Made by a program: the position numbers and the translations under genes. The notes under the pieces were generated by a model. That model was not told the DNA's origin and searched no databases. It saw only the letters and a list, made by a program, of their open reading frames with translations. Shown in pieces: positions 9,137 through 19,356 of a stretch of DNA of 64,000 bases (position 1 is its first letter; each line of letters opens with the position of its first letter). The DNA is from Allosphingosinicella sp. (GTDB lineage: Bacteria; Pseudomonadota; Alphaproteobacteria; Sphingomonadales; Sphingomonadaceae): the NCBI GenBank assembly GCA_036491055.1, contig DASXCT010000016.1, positions 982 to 64,981 on the forward strand, read 5' to 3'.

Positions 9137-10237
9137 CTAGACCACCGCCGGCTCCAGGATGCGGATCGTGCCCGCGGCGGCGTCGATCTCGGCGCGGACG
9201 CCTTCAGGGATGGCGAACTGGTTGGCGACATGGCCGATATTGGCGCCCGAAAAGGCCGGCACGCCGAGCGGCGCCAGGTGCTGGGCGAGGAGCTGGGGGA
9301 TGGTGAAGCCGCTATAATCGGGCACGTTGCCGGTGCAGCGCGCGCATTGGCCGAAGACGATGCCGGCGAGCCTGGCGAGGATGCCGGCCTGGCCGAGCTG
9401 GGTCAGCATCCGGTCGACCCGATATTCGGCCTCGCCGGTTTCTTCGAGGAACAGGATCCGGCCTTCGAAGGGCGGCAGCCACGGCGTGCCGACCAAAGCG
9501 CAGAGGACGGAAAGGTTGCCGCCGACCAGGATGCCGCTGGCGATGCCGGGGCGGATCGCGGTCGTGCGCCAGCGTTCCTGTGCGGCGGGGCCGGGGGATG
9601 GCGGGTTTGGGGATGACGGATCGGGGGCGCCCGGATTCAGGATAGCTGGATTCAGCGTGGCCGGATCGGGGCTGCGGAAGAGCGGCGTCGCGGCGTCGAA
9701 GGCGAGGCTGTGGAAGCTGCTCCGGCTCATCTCCTGCCAGCCATTGTCGGCATTGGGCGCGTGGACGGTCGGAAAGCCCGCGTTCGCGGCGAAGGCGAGG
9801 TGGAGCGCGGTGATGTCGCTGAAGCCGACGAGCAGCTTGGGATGGGCGCGGATCAGATCCCAGTCGAGATAGGGGAGGAGCCGCGCCGAGCCCCAGCCGC
9901 CCTGGACCGCGAAGACGGCGCGCACCGCCGGATCGGCATACATGGCGTTGATGTCGTCGGCCCGCATTCGGTCGTTGCCGGCGAGATAGCCGTAGCGCGC
10001 CGTTACATGCGGGGCGATTTTCGCATTGAGGCCCATGGCGGCGAGGGTCGCCTTGACCGGCTCGATCTGGGCGGGGTCGTCGCTGAAGCGGGCCGGCGCG
10101 ACGAGGCCGATCGTGTCGCCGGGGCGAAGCCGCGGCGGCTTGCGGGGCGCTTCCGCCTCCGCCGCCGCGGCGGGCCACGCCCCAGCGCCGGCGAGGAGCG
10201 CGCTCATTCCCGCGAGGACGGATCGCCGGCTGGGCAT
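9137..10237 (-). CDS. LD-carboxypeptidase (peptidase S66) with Tat-like signal
   Basis: MPSRRSVLAG; LRPGDTIGLVAPA, GGWGSARLL, LVGFSDIT, LVGGNLS, LFLEE, IGHV catalytic motifs. Confidence 0.92.
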   Translation of the reverse strand: MPSRRSVLAGMSALLAGAGAWPAAAAEAEAPRKPPRLRPGDTIGLVAPARFSDDPAQIEPVKATLAAMGLNAKIAPHVTARYGYLAGNDRMRADDINAMYADPAVRAVFAVQGGWGSARLLPYLDWDLIRAHPKLLVGFSDITALHLAFAANAGFPTVHAPNADNGWQEMSRSSFHSLAFDAATPLFRSPDPATLNPAILNPGAPDPSSPNPPSPGPAAQERWRTTAIRPGIASGILVGGNLSVLCALVGTPWLPPFEGRILFLEETGEAEYRVDRMLTQLGQAGILARLAGIVFGQCARCTGNVPDYSGFTIPQLLAQHLAPLGVPAFSGANIGHVANQFAIPEGVRAEIDAAAGTIRILEPAVV

Positions 10238-10650
10238 GGGGCTTCATAGCAAAGTGGGGCGGGAGAGGGAGGGCTGGTTTGTGCGGGGTGGGACCATGCG
10301 TTCGCGAAAGGCCGTGGCGATGAGGCGGAAAGCCCAGCGTCAGCCGGCGATCGTCCTTGCCCAGCCGTGCTCGGTGAGGTCCGGCTGGTCGGCCCGGAAT
10401 GTTTCGTCGAAGCCGCCTCCCATGGAAACAGGCCGACGCGGTCGGGCCAAACGAGGCGCAGGTAGGGGAAGACATCGCCGCCGTAGAACCAGCGGCTCCA
10501 GCCGAGCAACTCCGGACAATGGCGCGCGGGGTGAACGGGATCGGCTTCCGGGGTCGGGTCGCGCCGGCGAGGCCGGGGAATGGTCGGAGCGGGTGCCGTG
10601 CCGGCTTGCGCGGCGGGCTGCGCCTCCGGGCCGGCCGCGCTTCTTTCCCT

Positions 10651-11265
10651 TCAGCGATGTTTCACGAGGACAACGCCCACCAGCAGCAAAAGCGACACGA
10701 GCATATAAACCACGAGCACGGCCCGCTGTTGCCGAGTCAACCGGGGATAGTCCTCTCTGGCCGCCGCCATCGCCCTCTGGAATTCCGCTTCGTCGGCCTT
10801 CGTCGCGGCGGCGTTCTGGGCGGCCTTGATCATGTTGCTGATCTGGATGGCCAGGAGCGGCACGTCGAAGTTCAGCGACTGCCAGCGCGCCTTTTCCGAT
10901 GCGCTGTCGGGGAGCGGGTGCCAGCGAAGCTTCACATAGCGCGCCCTTGCGTCCATGATCCGGATCTGATCGATCTGGGACCATTGCCAGAAGCGCTCGC
11001 GCCCCGGCGTCAGCAGCCGAAGGCCGTCCATCGACATCCTGATCTCGGGCGGGTTCATGTAATAATCGACCGCGACCGCGGTGCCCGCGAGGAGCATGGC
11101 GATCAGGCCGGCGACGATCCAGGCGAACACATTGTCAAGCACCATGAAGCCGCCGGAATTGGTCACGGCCACCTTCAGCAGCCACCCGCCACAGGCGGCC
11201 GAGAGCACGCCATAAAGGACATAGCCCCAGCGGCGGGAGTGAATGACGATCGGTTCCGAATTCAT
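10651..11265 (-). CDS. Hypothetical membrane protein
   Basis: Two N-terminal and one C-terminal hydrophobic segments; no family recognised. Confidence 0.6.
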   Translation of the reverse strand: MNSEPIVIHSRRWGYVLYGVLSAACGGWLLKVAVTNSGGFMVLDNVFAWIVAGLIAMLLAGTAVAVDYYMNPPEIRMSMDGLRLLTPGRERFWQWSQIDQIRIMDARARYVKLRWHPLPDSASEKARWQSLNFDVPLLAIQISNMIKAAQNAAATKADEAEFQRAMAAAREDYPRLTRQQRAVLVVYMLVSLLLLVGVVLVKHR

Positions 11266-11587
11266 GGGATTTCCCTAAGGGATGAAAATTAACATCGTGT
11301 CGTCGTAAGCCGGCACGTTCGGCGGGCGATCGTTGGTTCCCTCTGCACGGCATCAGGCCGCGCCTCCTTCACGGTCCGATGGCGCCCGGCGTGGAAGATG
11401 TTGGCCCGGCAGCCGGCCGTCCGACAAAGCGGAGACGAGGTTGCGCCCGGCCGTGATTGTGATGTCGCAGCCGAGGAAGTCCGTTCCCTGCTTCATCGAT
11501 CGGCGCGGAGATTCGTGTCGGACGTTTGTGCCCTCGCCTTCGATCGACGAGGGTGAGGTCGACGGAGGCTGGGCGGGTCTCGCAACT

Positions 11588-11626
11588 CACCCCTCCCCAA
11601 CCCCTCCCCATCGAGGGGAGGGGCTT
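11588..11626. repeat. Palindromic REP-like element, family C
   Basis: ccctccccaacccctccccatcgaggggagggg. Confidence 0.7.
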
Positions 11627-11789
11627 TGTCGTTCGCCCCGCCGCTTATTCGCCATCCTCCGCGTCCAGCCCATTGGTCGTGCGGTTTTCGGGATCGTAGC
11701 CGGTGAGAAGGGCGCCGCGCCTCGTTCGAACGAATGCCGATGATCGCGCGGGTTTTTGGGTGCATGATCGGGCGGAAAGGGGAGAGAAG

Positions 11790-13602
11790 ATGGCGTACAC
11801 CGTCAGCATCAGCATCCGGAACGATTGCGGCGCCGAGGCGGACATCGCCTTGTTCCACAGCGGATCCCTGCCGCCGGGCAGCGGCGTCCAGTCGGGCGCG
11901 TGGACGATCGCCGCGGGGCAGGTTGCGGGGCCGCTAGCCGTCTCCTTCGACCCGGACGATTTCAACACCGATTTCTGGGCCGTGACCGCTTTCGTGAAAA
12001 GCGGGCCGAATGCCGGGCTTTACGTCAATGAAGGGGACACGTTCGCCAACTGGATCGAATGCCAGCTCGAGGAAAAGGATGGCGGCACGTCGCCGACCTT
12101 TTCGGTCGGCACGGCGACGTTCGACGTCGCTTTGGTTTCGGGCGGCTGTGCGAACGGGATGAGCCTGCTCGCGCCTTTGTCATCGAGCGCCACCGCGGCG
12201 ATCGGGCGGGTGTTCGTGGTCATGCTGGAGAACCGGTCGTTCGACCATATCTTCGCCTGGTCGGGGCTGCCCGGGATCGACGTGGCGGATACGGGCAATT
12301 CGAATACCTATGAATATCAAGGGAGTTTCATCACCGCCAATTGCACGCCCGGCGCCCCCAAGAGCCTGCGGACCGATCCCGGCCACGAATTCAACGACGT
12401 GCTGGTGCAGCTTTGCGGGCCGATGGTGCTCTACAGGCCGGGCAAGCCTTATCCCGAGACCGACAATAGCGGCTTCCTCGCCAGCTATGCGACCTCGACC
12501 TCCGAGCCGCCCTACGCGCCGCCTCCGATCACGGCGATCGGCGACATCATGCGCGGCTTCACGACGCAAAAGGCGATGCCGAACCTCTATGCGCTCGCGC
12601 GCGACAATGCGATCTGCGACCATTGGCATGCATCCATGCCCGGGCCGACCTGGCCGAACCGCTTCTTCGTCCACGGCGCGTCGTCGTCCGGCCTCGACGA
12701 CAGCCCGACCTCCACGCAGATCGGCGAGTGGGAGGCGAAGATACCGGCCGGGTTCGAATATGCGAACGGGTCGATCTTCGATCGGCTCAATGCGCAGGGC
12801 ATTCCCTTTGCCCTCTACAGCGACTTCACCTCGGACTGGCTGAGCGCCTATAGCGACGATCACCTATGCCGGGGGATCGTCGCAGCATCCGATGGACGAC
12901 GTCGTCGGCGGCGACCGGCTGCTCGGGGCGGTCTACAATGCGATCGCCGGCTCGCCCCATTGGGGGTCGAGCCTCCTGGTCGTCATCTATGACGAGCATG
13001 GCGGGCTCTACGACAAGGTCGCGCCGCCGACGGGGGTCGCGGCGCCGGGCGACGATCCCGACTTCGGGTACAGCACGCACGATTTCGACTTCACCACGCT
13101 TGGCGTGCGGGTGCCGGCGGTTTTGGTGTCGCCGCTGATCGCCGCCGGGACGGTCAGCAATGCCGTCTACGATCATTCTTCCGTGCCGAAATTGCTCGAG
13201 CAATTGTGGGGATTGGCGAGCCTGACCGATCGCGACCAGGCGGCCGAATCCCCGCTGCAATGCGTGACCTTGGCCGCGCCGCGAACGGGCGTGGCGATGC
13301 TTCCCGAGGCGGCGAGGCCGGCGCGGCACGGCGGACCGCGCGCGGCGCCGGCGGAGAGGGAGGCGCTGTTGAGCCGGCCGGTCCCGGCCTCGGGGAATCT
13401 GGTCGGCACGCTTGCGGTGCTCCGGAAGACCGATCTCGAGCTCTCCGGCTATTCGGCGGCCGCGCGGGCCGCGCTGGGGGTGCGCTGGGCGGCGATCCGG
13501 ACGCGCGGGGACGTCGAGGCCTATGCGAAGGAAGTGCTGGCGAAGGTGGCGGCCGAGCGGGAGCGCCGGCGGGCATCAGCGCGAGGGCCGCGGTCGGGGT
13601 AG
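11790..13602 (+). pseudogene. Phosphoesterase / phospholipase C family gene split by an out-of-frame internal deletion near 12861
   Basis: Frame 1: VFVVMLENRSFDH, DPGHEF, WHASMPGPTWPNRFFVHG; frame 2: TYAGGSSQHPMDD, LLVVIYDEHGGLYD, GVRVPAVLVSP, YDHSSV. Confidence 0.8.
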
Positions 13603-13615
13603 CACCTCCGCGGCC

Positions 13616-13894
13616 TCATTCGCCGACGTAATGGAAGGCGATGAAATAGACGTTGGTGCCGCTGCCGTGCTTCGCGGTCTTGAGCAGGTCGACGAGGCCG
13701 TCGAAGCCGGAGTCGCGCGCCATCTCGCCGGTGACGTCGGCGAGGGCGATCTCCATGATCGAGTCGATCACGACGTGGCCGGGCGGCAGGGGATAGCGGC
13801 CGCCGGCGCGGACGCGCGGCGATTGCCAGATGCGGATCGTTGTCGTGATCTCGCCGCGCCGGATGCGGTCGCGCAGTTTCTTGGTGAAGACCAT
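13616..13894 (-). CDS. ASCH-domain-like small protein
   Basis: MVFTKKLRDRIRRGEITTTIRIW..., ARDSGF motif; C-terminal part of ORF 13616..14359. Confidence 0.7.
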   Translation of the reverse strand: MVFTKKLRDRIRRGEITTTIRIWQSPRVRAGGRYPLPPGHVVIDSIMEIALADVTGEMARDSGFDGLVDLLKTAKHGSGTNVYFIAFHYVGE

Positions 13895-13956
13895 CAGGCC
13901 GACATGGCACGATCGCGGCGGGGATGCACGGCGGCAATGCTCGGCCTGCGACGCGA

Positions 13957-14466
13957 TCAGGGGAGAGAGGGCGTCGGTTCCTCCGGATCGTCGAACCGGG
14001 GATCGGGGCCGTAGAGGTTCGGCCCATCGGTTCCGGGCCACAGGAAGAGGACGAGAATAAGGAGGGCGAGCAGGTCCGCGGCCCAGCTCGCCGGCGTCAT
14101 TCGCGCGGCGAGGATCGCCATGACGTCGCCCTTCGCTTCGGCGATCCGCTGCGGAATCGAGAGGAGGAGGCTGAGAGGGAGGACCAGCCCCCACCAGCCC
14201 GGGCGGCCCTGGTCGTGGAGGCGCCGCACGAATAAAGCGAAGAGCGGGACGAGGACCAGCAGGCCGAGCGCGGTCTGGAACCAGAGGAAGCTGCGATAGG
14301 ATGCGACCGCCCCGATCGCGAAACCGGTGACGACGCCGAGCAGGGCGACGGCGATCCAATAATAAAGCACTTTGGTCCGGCGCGAGCGGCCGGTGAAATC
14401 GAACGTGCCGCGCAGCGTTTGGAGGAGCAGCCGCGCATTGTTTCCGGTGGCGTCGCTATAGGCCAG
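13957..14466 (-). CDS. DUF805-family inner membrane protein (start uncertain)
   Basis: FDFTGRSRR, LFVRRLHDQGRPGWW, GTDGPNLYGPDP; frame open upstream of the called start at 14370. Confidence 0.85.
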   Translation of the reverse strand: MAYSDATGNNARLLLQTLRGTFDFTGRSRRTKVLYYWIAVALLGVVTGFAIGAVASYRSFLWFQTALGLLVLVPLFALFVRRLHDQGRPGWWGLVLPLSLLLSIPQRIAEAKGDVMAILAARMTPASWAADLLALLILVLFLWPGTDGPNLYGPDPRFDDPEEPTPSLP

Positions 14467-14625
14467 ATGCCGTCCCTCCGCTTGTTCAGCGCCTGATTCT
14501 GTGTGGCGCGCGCGAGCGTGGGGTGCAATGGCCTTGCTTTCCGCCAGGTCCGCTCCCGAAAATGGTGCTCAGACTCCGGGGACGTAAATTATCTCGGTCA
14601 AGATGTCGGCATGCACCGTGCCCGG

Positions 14626-14672
14626 CCCCTCCACCAGCCTGCGGCTGGTCCCCCTCCCCGTTCCGGGGAGGA
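14626..14672 (+). repeat. REP-like element family A
   Basis: cccctccaccagcctgcggctggtccccctccccgttccggggagga. Confidence 0.8.
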
Positions 14673-14796
14673 GTTTGGAGCAACCTGCGGCGGGGAATTC
14701 GGGGGGCACATGTCTCGAATTCGGGTTTCATTCTCCGCCGGTGTGGGCGTCGAGGACAGCGGATGAGGGATGGTGCAACCGGCTGCGGATACTGGA

Positions 14797-17439
14797 TTAT
14801 TCCGGCAGCGTCGCCTGTCCCGTCACCGAGAAGGCGCCGGTGGCGGTCGGCAGGCCGGAGCCGGGCTGGCCGCCGCCGATCGACACGGAATAGCGGCCGG
14901 CGGGGACGATGATGTCGCCGGCCGGGGTGACCATCGAGAGGTCGCGGGGCTGGAGGTCGAAGGCCACTGTCTCGCTCGCGCCGGGGGCGAGGTGGATGCG
15001 GCGGAAGCCCCTGAGGGCGCGGATCGGGGCGCCGGGGATTTCGGGGAATATGAGGTAGAGCTGGACCACTTCGTCGCCGGCCACCTGGCCGCTGTTGGTG
15101 ACCCGGACCGAGGCGTGGAGCGGCGTGCCGGCGCGGATCGGCGCCTTGGGCAAAGCGAGCGCGTCATAAGTGAAATTGGTGTAGCTGAGGCCGTAGCCGA
15201 ACGGCCAGAGCGGCGTGCCCGCGAAATAGCGGTAGGTCCGCCCCCGCATCGAATAATCCTCGAAATTGGGGAGCTGGCTCGCGTCCTCGTAAAAGGTGAT
15301 CGGCAAACGGCCCGACGGGTTGGCGGCGCCGCTCAATATGTTGGCGATCGCCGTGCCGCCTTCCTCGCCCGGATACCAGGCTTCGAGGATCGCGTTCGCA
15401 TGCGCCTTCTCCCAGCGGGAGGCGAGCGCGCTGCCATTGGTCAGCACGACGACGAGCGGCTTGCCCGCGGCGGCGACGGCGCGGACGAGGGCTTCTTCCG
15501 GCGCGGGCATTTCGAGGCTGGTGCGGTCGCCGCCCTGGAAGCCGGGCTCGCTCACCGGCATTTCCTCGCCTTCGAGCGCGCTGGTGATGCCGACGATCGC
15601 GACGACGACGTCGGCCTCCCTGGCCGCGGCAATGGCAGCGGGATCGGGCGCGTCGTCGACCGGCGCCCAGATGAGCCGCGCCGCGGGCGCGCCGCCCGGC
15701 CGGGTGCGATAGGAGATTTCGAGGCGGACGGGCTGGCCCTTGTCGAGATGGATGCGGCCGAGGCGGGTGGCGCCATAGGTCTGGGCGATCGTCCTTCCGG
15801 CGACGCTGACATGCGCGAAGCCCGCCGCCTCGATTCCGAGCCGGTAGTCGCCGCTCGCGGGCGCGACGAGCATCCCCGTCCAGCGCACATTGAACGGCTT
15901 GCCGCGCAGGGCCGGCGGAACGCGGTCCGGGTCGAGATCGACGGCGGGCTCGATCCGCGATGCGATTGGGGCCGCGGCCGGATCCTCATGCTCGCCCGCG
16001 CGATAATCGGCGCGAAGGCCGGTCTTGCCGTCCGACGTGGCGAGCGAGGCGGTGGGCACTGGCGCCCCGGCGTTCGCGAGGAATTGGGTGCCGGGGACGT
16101 AGGCGATCGTCGCGCCGGGGAACGTCGCCTTCATCCCTTCCAGCATGGTGACGACGCGCGTCGGCTGGCCGTTATAATTGCCGAGCAGCACGTCTTTCTG
16201 GTCGGCGAGAGGACCGACGACGAGGATATGCTTCGCCCCTTTCAGCGGCAGCACGCCGTCATTCTTGAGCAGCACCATCGATTCCTCGGCGAGGCGCAAC
16301 GCCGATTGCCGGTGGGCGGGGCTGTCGAGCGCGCTGGCGTCGGGATGCGCATAGGGGCCGACCGAGGGCGGATCGAACATGCCGAGCCGCATGCGCGCGG
16401 TGAACAGGCGGACGAGCGCGGTGTCGATCGCGCCCTCGGCGAGCGCGCCCTCGCGGACGGCTTCGGCATAGGGCTTGTAGTCCGCGTCGCCGGTGACGTC
16501 GCCGAAGGTGATGCATTCATTGTCCATGCCGCGCGCGAGCGAGATGGCGGAGGCCTGGGGCTGGGACGGGCGGTAATGATGGCCTTCGAAAATGTCGTGC
16601 ACCGCGCCGCAATCGGAGACGACATAGCCCTGGAAGCGCCACGCGCCGCGCAGGATGTGCTGGAGCAGGAACTGGTTCGCGCAGGCGGGCTCGCCGTCGA
16701 TGCCGTTATAGGCGCACATGATCGAGCCGGCATGGCCTTCGGTGATCGCGGCGCGGAAGGCGGGGAGGTAGGTGTCCTCGAGATCGTGCCTGCTGACGTC
16801 GATGTCGGCGAAATGGCGCGTCGGCTCGGGCCCGCTGTGGACGGCAAAGTGCTTGGGGGTGGCGATGGCGCGATAATGTTGCGGATCGTCGCCCTGCATT
16901 CCGGTGATGTAGGCGACGGCCATGCGGCCGGTCAGATACGGGTCCTCGCCATAGGTTTCCTGGCCGCGGCCCCAGCGCGGATCGCGGAAGATGTTGACGT
17001 TGGGCGCCCAGAAATCGAGCCCCTCCATGGTCGACGAATGGCCGGCGCGGACGTCGGCCTCGTGCTTGATGCGGCCTTCGACGCCGATCTGCTCGGCCAT
17101 AAAGTGGATGCCGGGCGCGTCGAAGGTGGCGGCGAGGCCGATCGGCTCGGGATATTCGGTGGTGCCGTCGACCGCGACGCCGTGGAGCGCCTCGCTCCAC
17201 CAGTCGTAAGCGGGAACGCCGAGCCGCGGAATCGCGCGGGCATGGTTGACGAGCTGCGACGCCTTTTCCGCGAGCGTCATGCGGTGGACGAGATCGGCGG
17301 CGCGGGTTTCGGCGGGGAGGGTGGGGTTCAGGTAAAGCGGCTTGGGCGTGTCCCGGGCACCGGAAGCGCCGGCCGCGAGCATTGCGCCCGCCGCCATCAT
17401 CCCCGCCGCCATCCTCAACGTCGCGATGCGCTTGCCCAT
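14797..17439 (-). CDS. Glycoside hydrolase family 3 (beta-glucosidase/xylosidase) with PA14 insert and Fn3-like C-terminus
   Basis: WWSEALHGV, PNVNIFRDPRWGRGQETYGEDP, KHFAVH, YVVSDCGA, EGEEM, DEVVQLY..LRGFRR; start taken at MGKRIATL. Confidence 0.93.
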   Translation of the reverse strand: MGKRIATLRMAAGMMAAGAMLAAGASGARDTPKPLYLNPTLPAETRAADLVHRMTLAEKASQLVNHARAIPRLGVPAYDWWSEALHGVAVDGTTEYPEPIGLAATFDAPGIHFMAEQIGVEGRIKHEADVRAGHSSTMEGLDFWAPNVNIFRDPRWGRGQETYGEDPYLTGRMAVAYITGMQGDDPQHYRAIATPKHFAVHSGPEPTRHFADIDVSRHDLEDTYLPAFRAAITEGHAGSIMCAYNGIDGEPACANQFLLQHILRGAWRFQGYVVSDCGAVHDIFEGHHYRPSQPQASAISLARGMDNECITFGDVTGDADYKPYAEAVREGALAEGAIDTALVRLFTARMRLGMFDPPSVGPYAHPDASALDSPAHRQSALRLAEESMVLLKNDGVLPLKGAKHILVVGPLADQKDVLLGNYNGQPTRVVTMLEGMKATFPGATIAYVPGTQFLANAGAPVPTASLATSDGKTGLRADYRAGEHEDPAAAPIASRIEPAVDLDPDRVPPALRGKPFNVRWTGMLVAPASGDYRLGIEAAGFAHVSVAGRTIAQTYGATRLGRIHLDKGQPVRLEISYRTRPGGAPAARLIWAPVDDAPDPAAIAAAREADVVVAIVGITSALEGEEMPVSEPGFQGGDRTSLEMPAPEEALVRAVAAAGKPLVVVLTNGSALASRWEKAHANAILEAWYPGEEGGTAIANILSGAANPSGRLPITFYEDASQLPNFEDYSMRGRTYRYFAGTPLWPFGYGLSYTNFTYDALALPKAPIRAGTPLHASVRVTNSGQVAGDEVVQLYLIFPEIPGAPIRALRGFRRIHLAPGASETVAFDLQPRDLSMVTPAGDIIVPAGRYSVSIGGGQPGSGLPTATGAFSVTGQATLPE

Positions 17440-17554
17440 GCCCCTGCTGCTCCCCCTTCCTCGGCGAGGCACCATCGCGGCTTTGCCGGACGTCCGCAAT
17501 GGGTGGAAAGCGGGCATGGCCGCCGCTACGCTCGCCGGACGGGAGAATGACAGG

Positions 17555-18094
17555 ATGATCGGGCTGTTGATCGCTTCGGCGCTGCTCGCGGCGCCCGGGC
17601 CGGGCGTAGGGGTGGCGTGCGGCCTTCGCCGGCTGGAGGCGTGCGAAAGCACGAACCAGCTGGTGTGGGGCCCGGGATTCGAGCGCGCCTTGCGCCGGTT
17701 CCTGGGCCGCGATGCCGACGATCGGGTCAGCTATCTCTATTCCCGCGGGCGCCTGATCGGCCAGGTGCGCGAGGTGCTGGGCGGGCCGCCCGATGCGCCG
17801 CGCAGCCTGCCCGGCGGCAGCCGGCTGTTCACCGCCTGCCGCGCGCATTCCTGCGAGGAGAAGGGCGCGGTCGCGTTCGCGGCCGACGGCCATATCGTCG
17901 CGATCGGCGTCCTCAACTATCATTGCGGGAAATGCGCGCGGGCCTGGCTCGACCTGTTCGTGCGCGGGCGGGGCACGGCGACCGAGACGGCGCGGACGGC
18001 GATCGTCCGATGGGCCGCCGCCGCGGCGGGCGATCGTGCCGACATTCTGCGGAGGTCGCCGGAAAAGGCCGTGATCCTGCACAGGCTGGATTGA
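17555..18094 (+). CDS. Hypothetical exported protein
   Basis: MIGLLIASALLAA signal; Cys pairs (ACRAHSCEEKG, HCGKC). Confidence 0.6.
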   Translation: MIGLLIASALLAAPGPGVGVACGLRRLEACESTNQLVWGPGFERALRRFLGRDADDRVSYLYSRGRLIGQVREVLGGPPDAPRSLPGGSRLFTACRAHSCEEKGAVAFAADGHIVAIGVLNYHCGKCARAWLDLFVRGRGTATETARTAIVRWAAAAAGDRADILRRSPEKAVILHRLD

Positions 18095-18158
18095 GGCGGG
18101 GCGGCGCGATGGTCGGAAAATATCGGGAAAGCCGTTGCGGCTGTCACAGGCTCGGCTG

Positions 18159-18809
18159 ATGGGTCCGCGCACCCGCCTGGGCGTCATCCTTGCGACGTTC
18201 GTGGCGCTGATCTTGTCGACGGCCGCCGACGCGAGGTTCGTCAGATATACGACCGTTCGGGACGAAAAGGACGGGTGCGGCATGTATCCGTCGGACGTGT
18301 TCGACGAGGCGCGTGCCGGCTGGGGGGATTGCCGATTGCGCAGCGCCGGCGAGAGCCCGCTCTGGAAGGGTCTCACAATGGCCGGTGCGCGCCGGCAGGT
18401 GCGGTTCACGTTCAACGAAGGCCACGGCCGGTACACAAGGGTGATCGACTTCGTCGAGCTTGCCGACGGGAGCGGCGAAGTGCGGCGCGAGACGATTACG
18501 CCCCTTCCCGGCCATTGGCTGCGGGTCGACGAAAGGCACCATGATCGCGTTTCGGCCGAGGACGTGCGGAGACTCAATGCGCTCGCCGATGCTTCCGGCC
18601 TGTGGAAGTTCGACGTCGGGACGTGGAACCATCAGGATCCCGACTGGCTCTATTTCGATTGCGAGAGCCTGGACATGGAGCGGATCGACGCCGGCGGCTA
18701 TCGTTTCTCGACCGTCTTCATCAGCTGTAGCCGGCCCAAAAAGCTGGTTCCGCTGGTCGATTTTCTTACCGGGCTGGCCGGACTAAAGGCGGACGACTTC
18801 CTGTACTGA
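18159..18809 (+). CDS. Hypothetical exported protein
   Basis: Signal-peptide-like N-terminus LGVILATFVALILSTAADA; globular remainder. Confidence 0.6.
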   Translation: MGPRTRLGVILATFVALILSTAADARFVRYTTVRDEKDGCGMYPSDVFDEARAGWGDCRLRSAGESPLWKGLTMAGARRQVRFTFNEGHGRYTRVIDFVELADGSGEVRRETITPLPGHWLRVDERHHDRVSAEDVRRLNALADASGLWKFDVGTWNHQDPDWLYFDCESLDMERIDAGGYRFSTVFISCSRPKKLVPLVDFLTGLAGLKADDFLY

Positions 18810-19176
18810 TCAGGTTTGCCGGCGGTCGGGGGCGTGGCTGTCAGGTGCGACAGGGAAGGGCACCACCGATTCGCGCTCCAGTTTGCTGCCACGGCTTACC
18901 GCCTCCAGATCCGCAGCGAACGCTTCGAGCGCTGGCGCCAGATCCCGCCACCGTGTGGGAATAACCTGAAGGGGATGGGGTCCATCGGTGCCTTCACTTC
19001 AGCTGATCCGACGACCCGCGAAAGCCGTTAGGAAGGAGGAGATTGGGTTGCCGCTTGGCGCCAGGTTCACTTGCATTCGTCAATATAGGACGCAGGCGGC
19101 GCGGGCCAAGCACGTCTTTTGAGCAGGGTTTTCCGGGCTCGTTCCCGGGCGTTGCTGCCGAATTTCCAGTGCCGTG

Positions 19177-19211
19177 TTCATGGATGCTGAATCGAGTTCA
19201 GCATGACGGCT
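19177..19211. repeat. Palindromic REP-like element, family D
   Basis: atgctgaatcgagttcagcat inverted repeat. Confidence 0.55.
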
Positions 19212-19356
19212 TTGGGGCGGACTTCGCGGCGTGGGCTTCGCGGCGCGATGCCGGATGTGGCGCGCCGCGCGATTTTTCTTTTTCGTGGACTTTCGCTTTC
19301 CGATTTTTTGTGATTCATCCTGGCGGCCGGGGGCTTCGGCGTGGGGAGGGTGGTCG

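Noticed and set aside
18808-19000. Minus-strand protein-like fragment (..RWRDLAPALEAFAADLEAV..)
   Set aside because: An in-frame stop lies just upstream, with no start codon or recognisable family.
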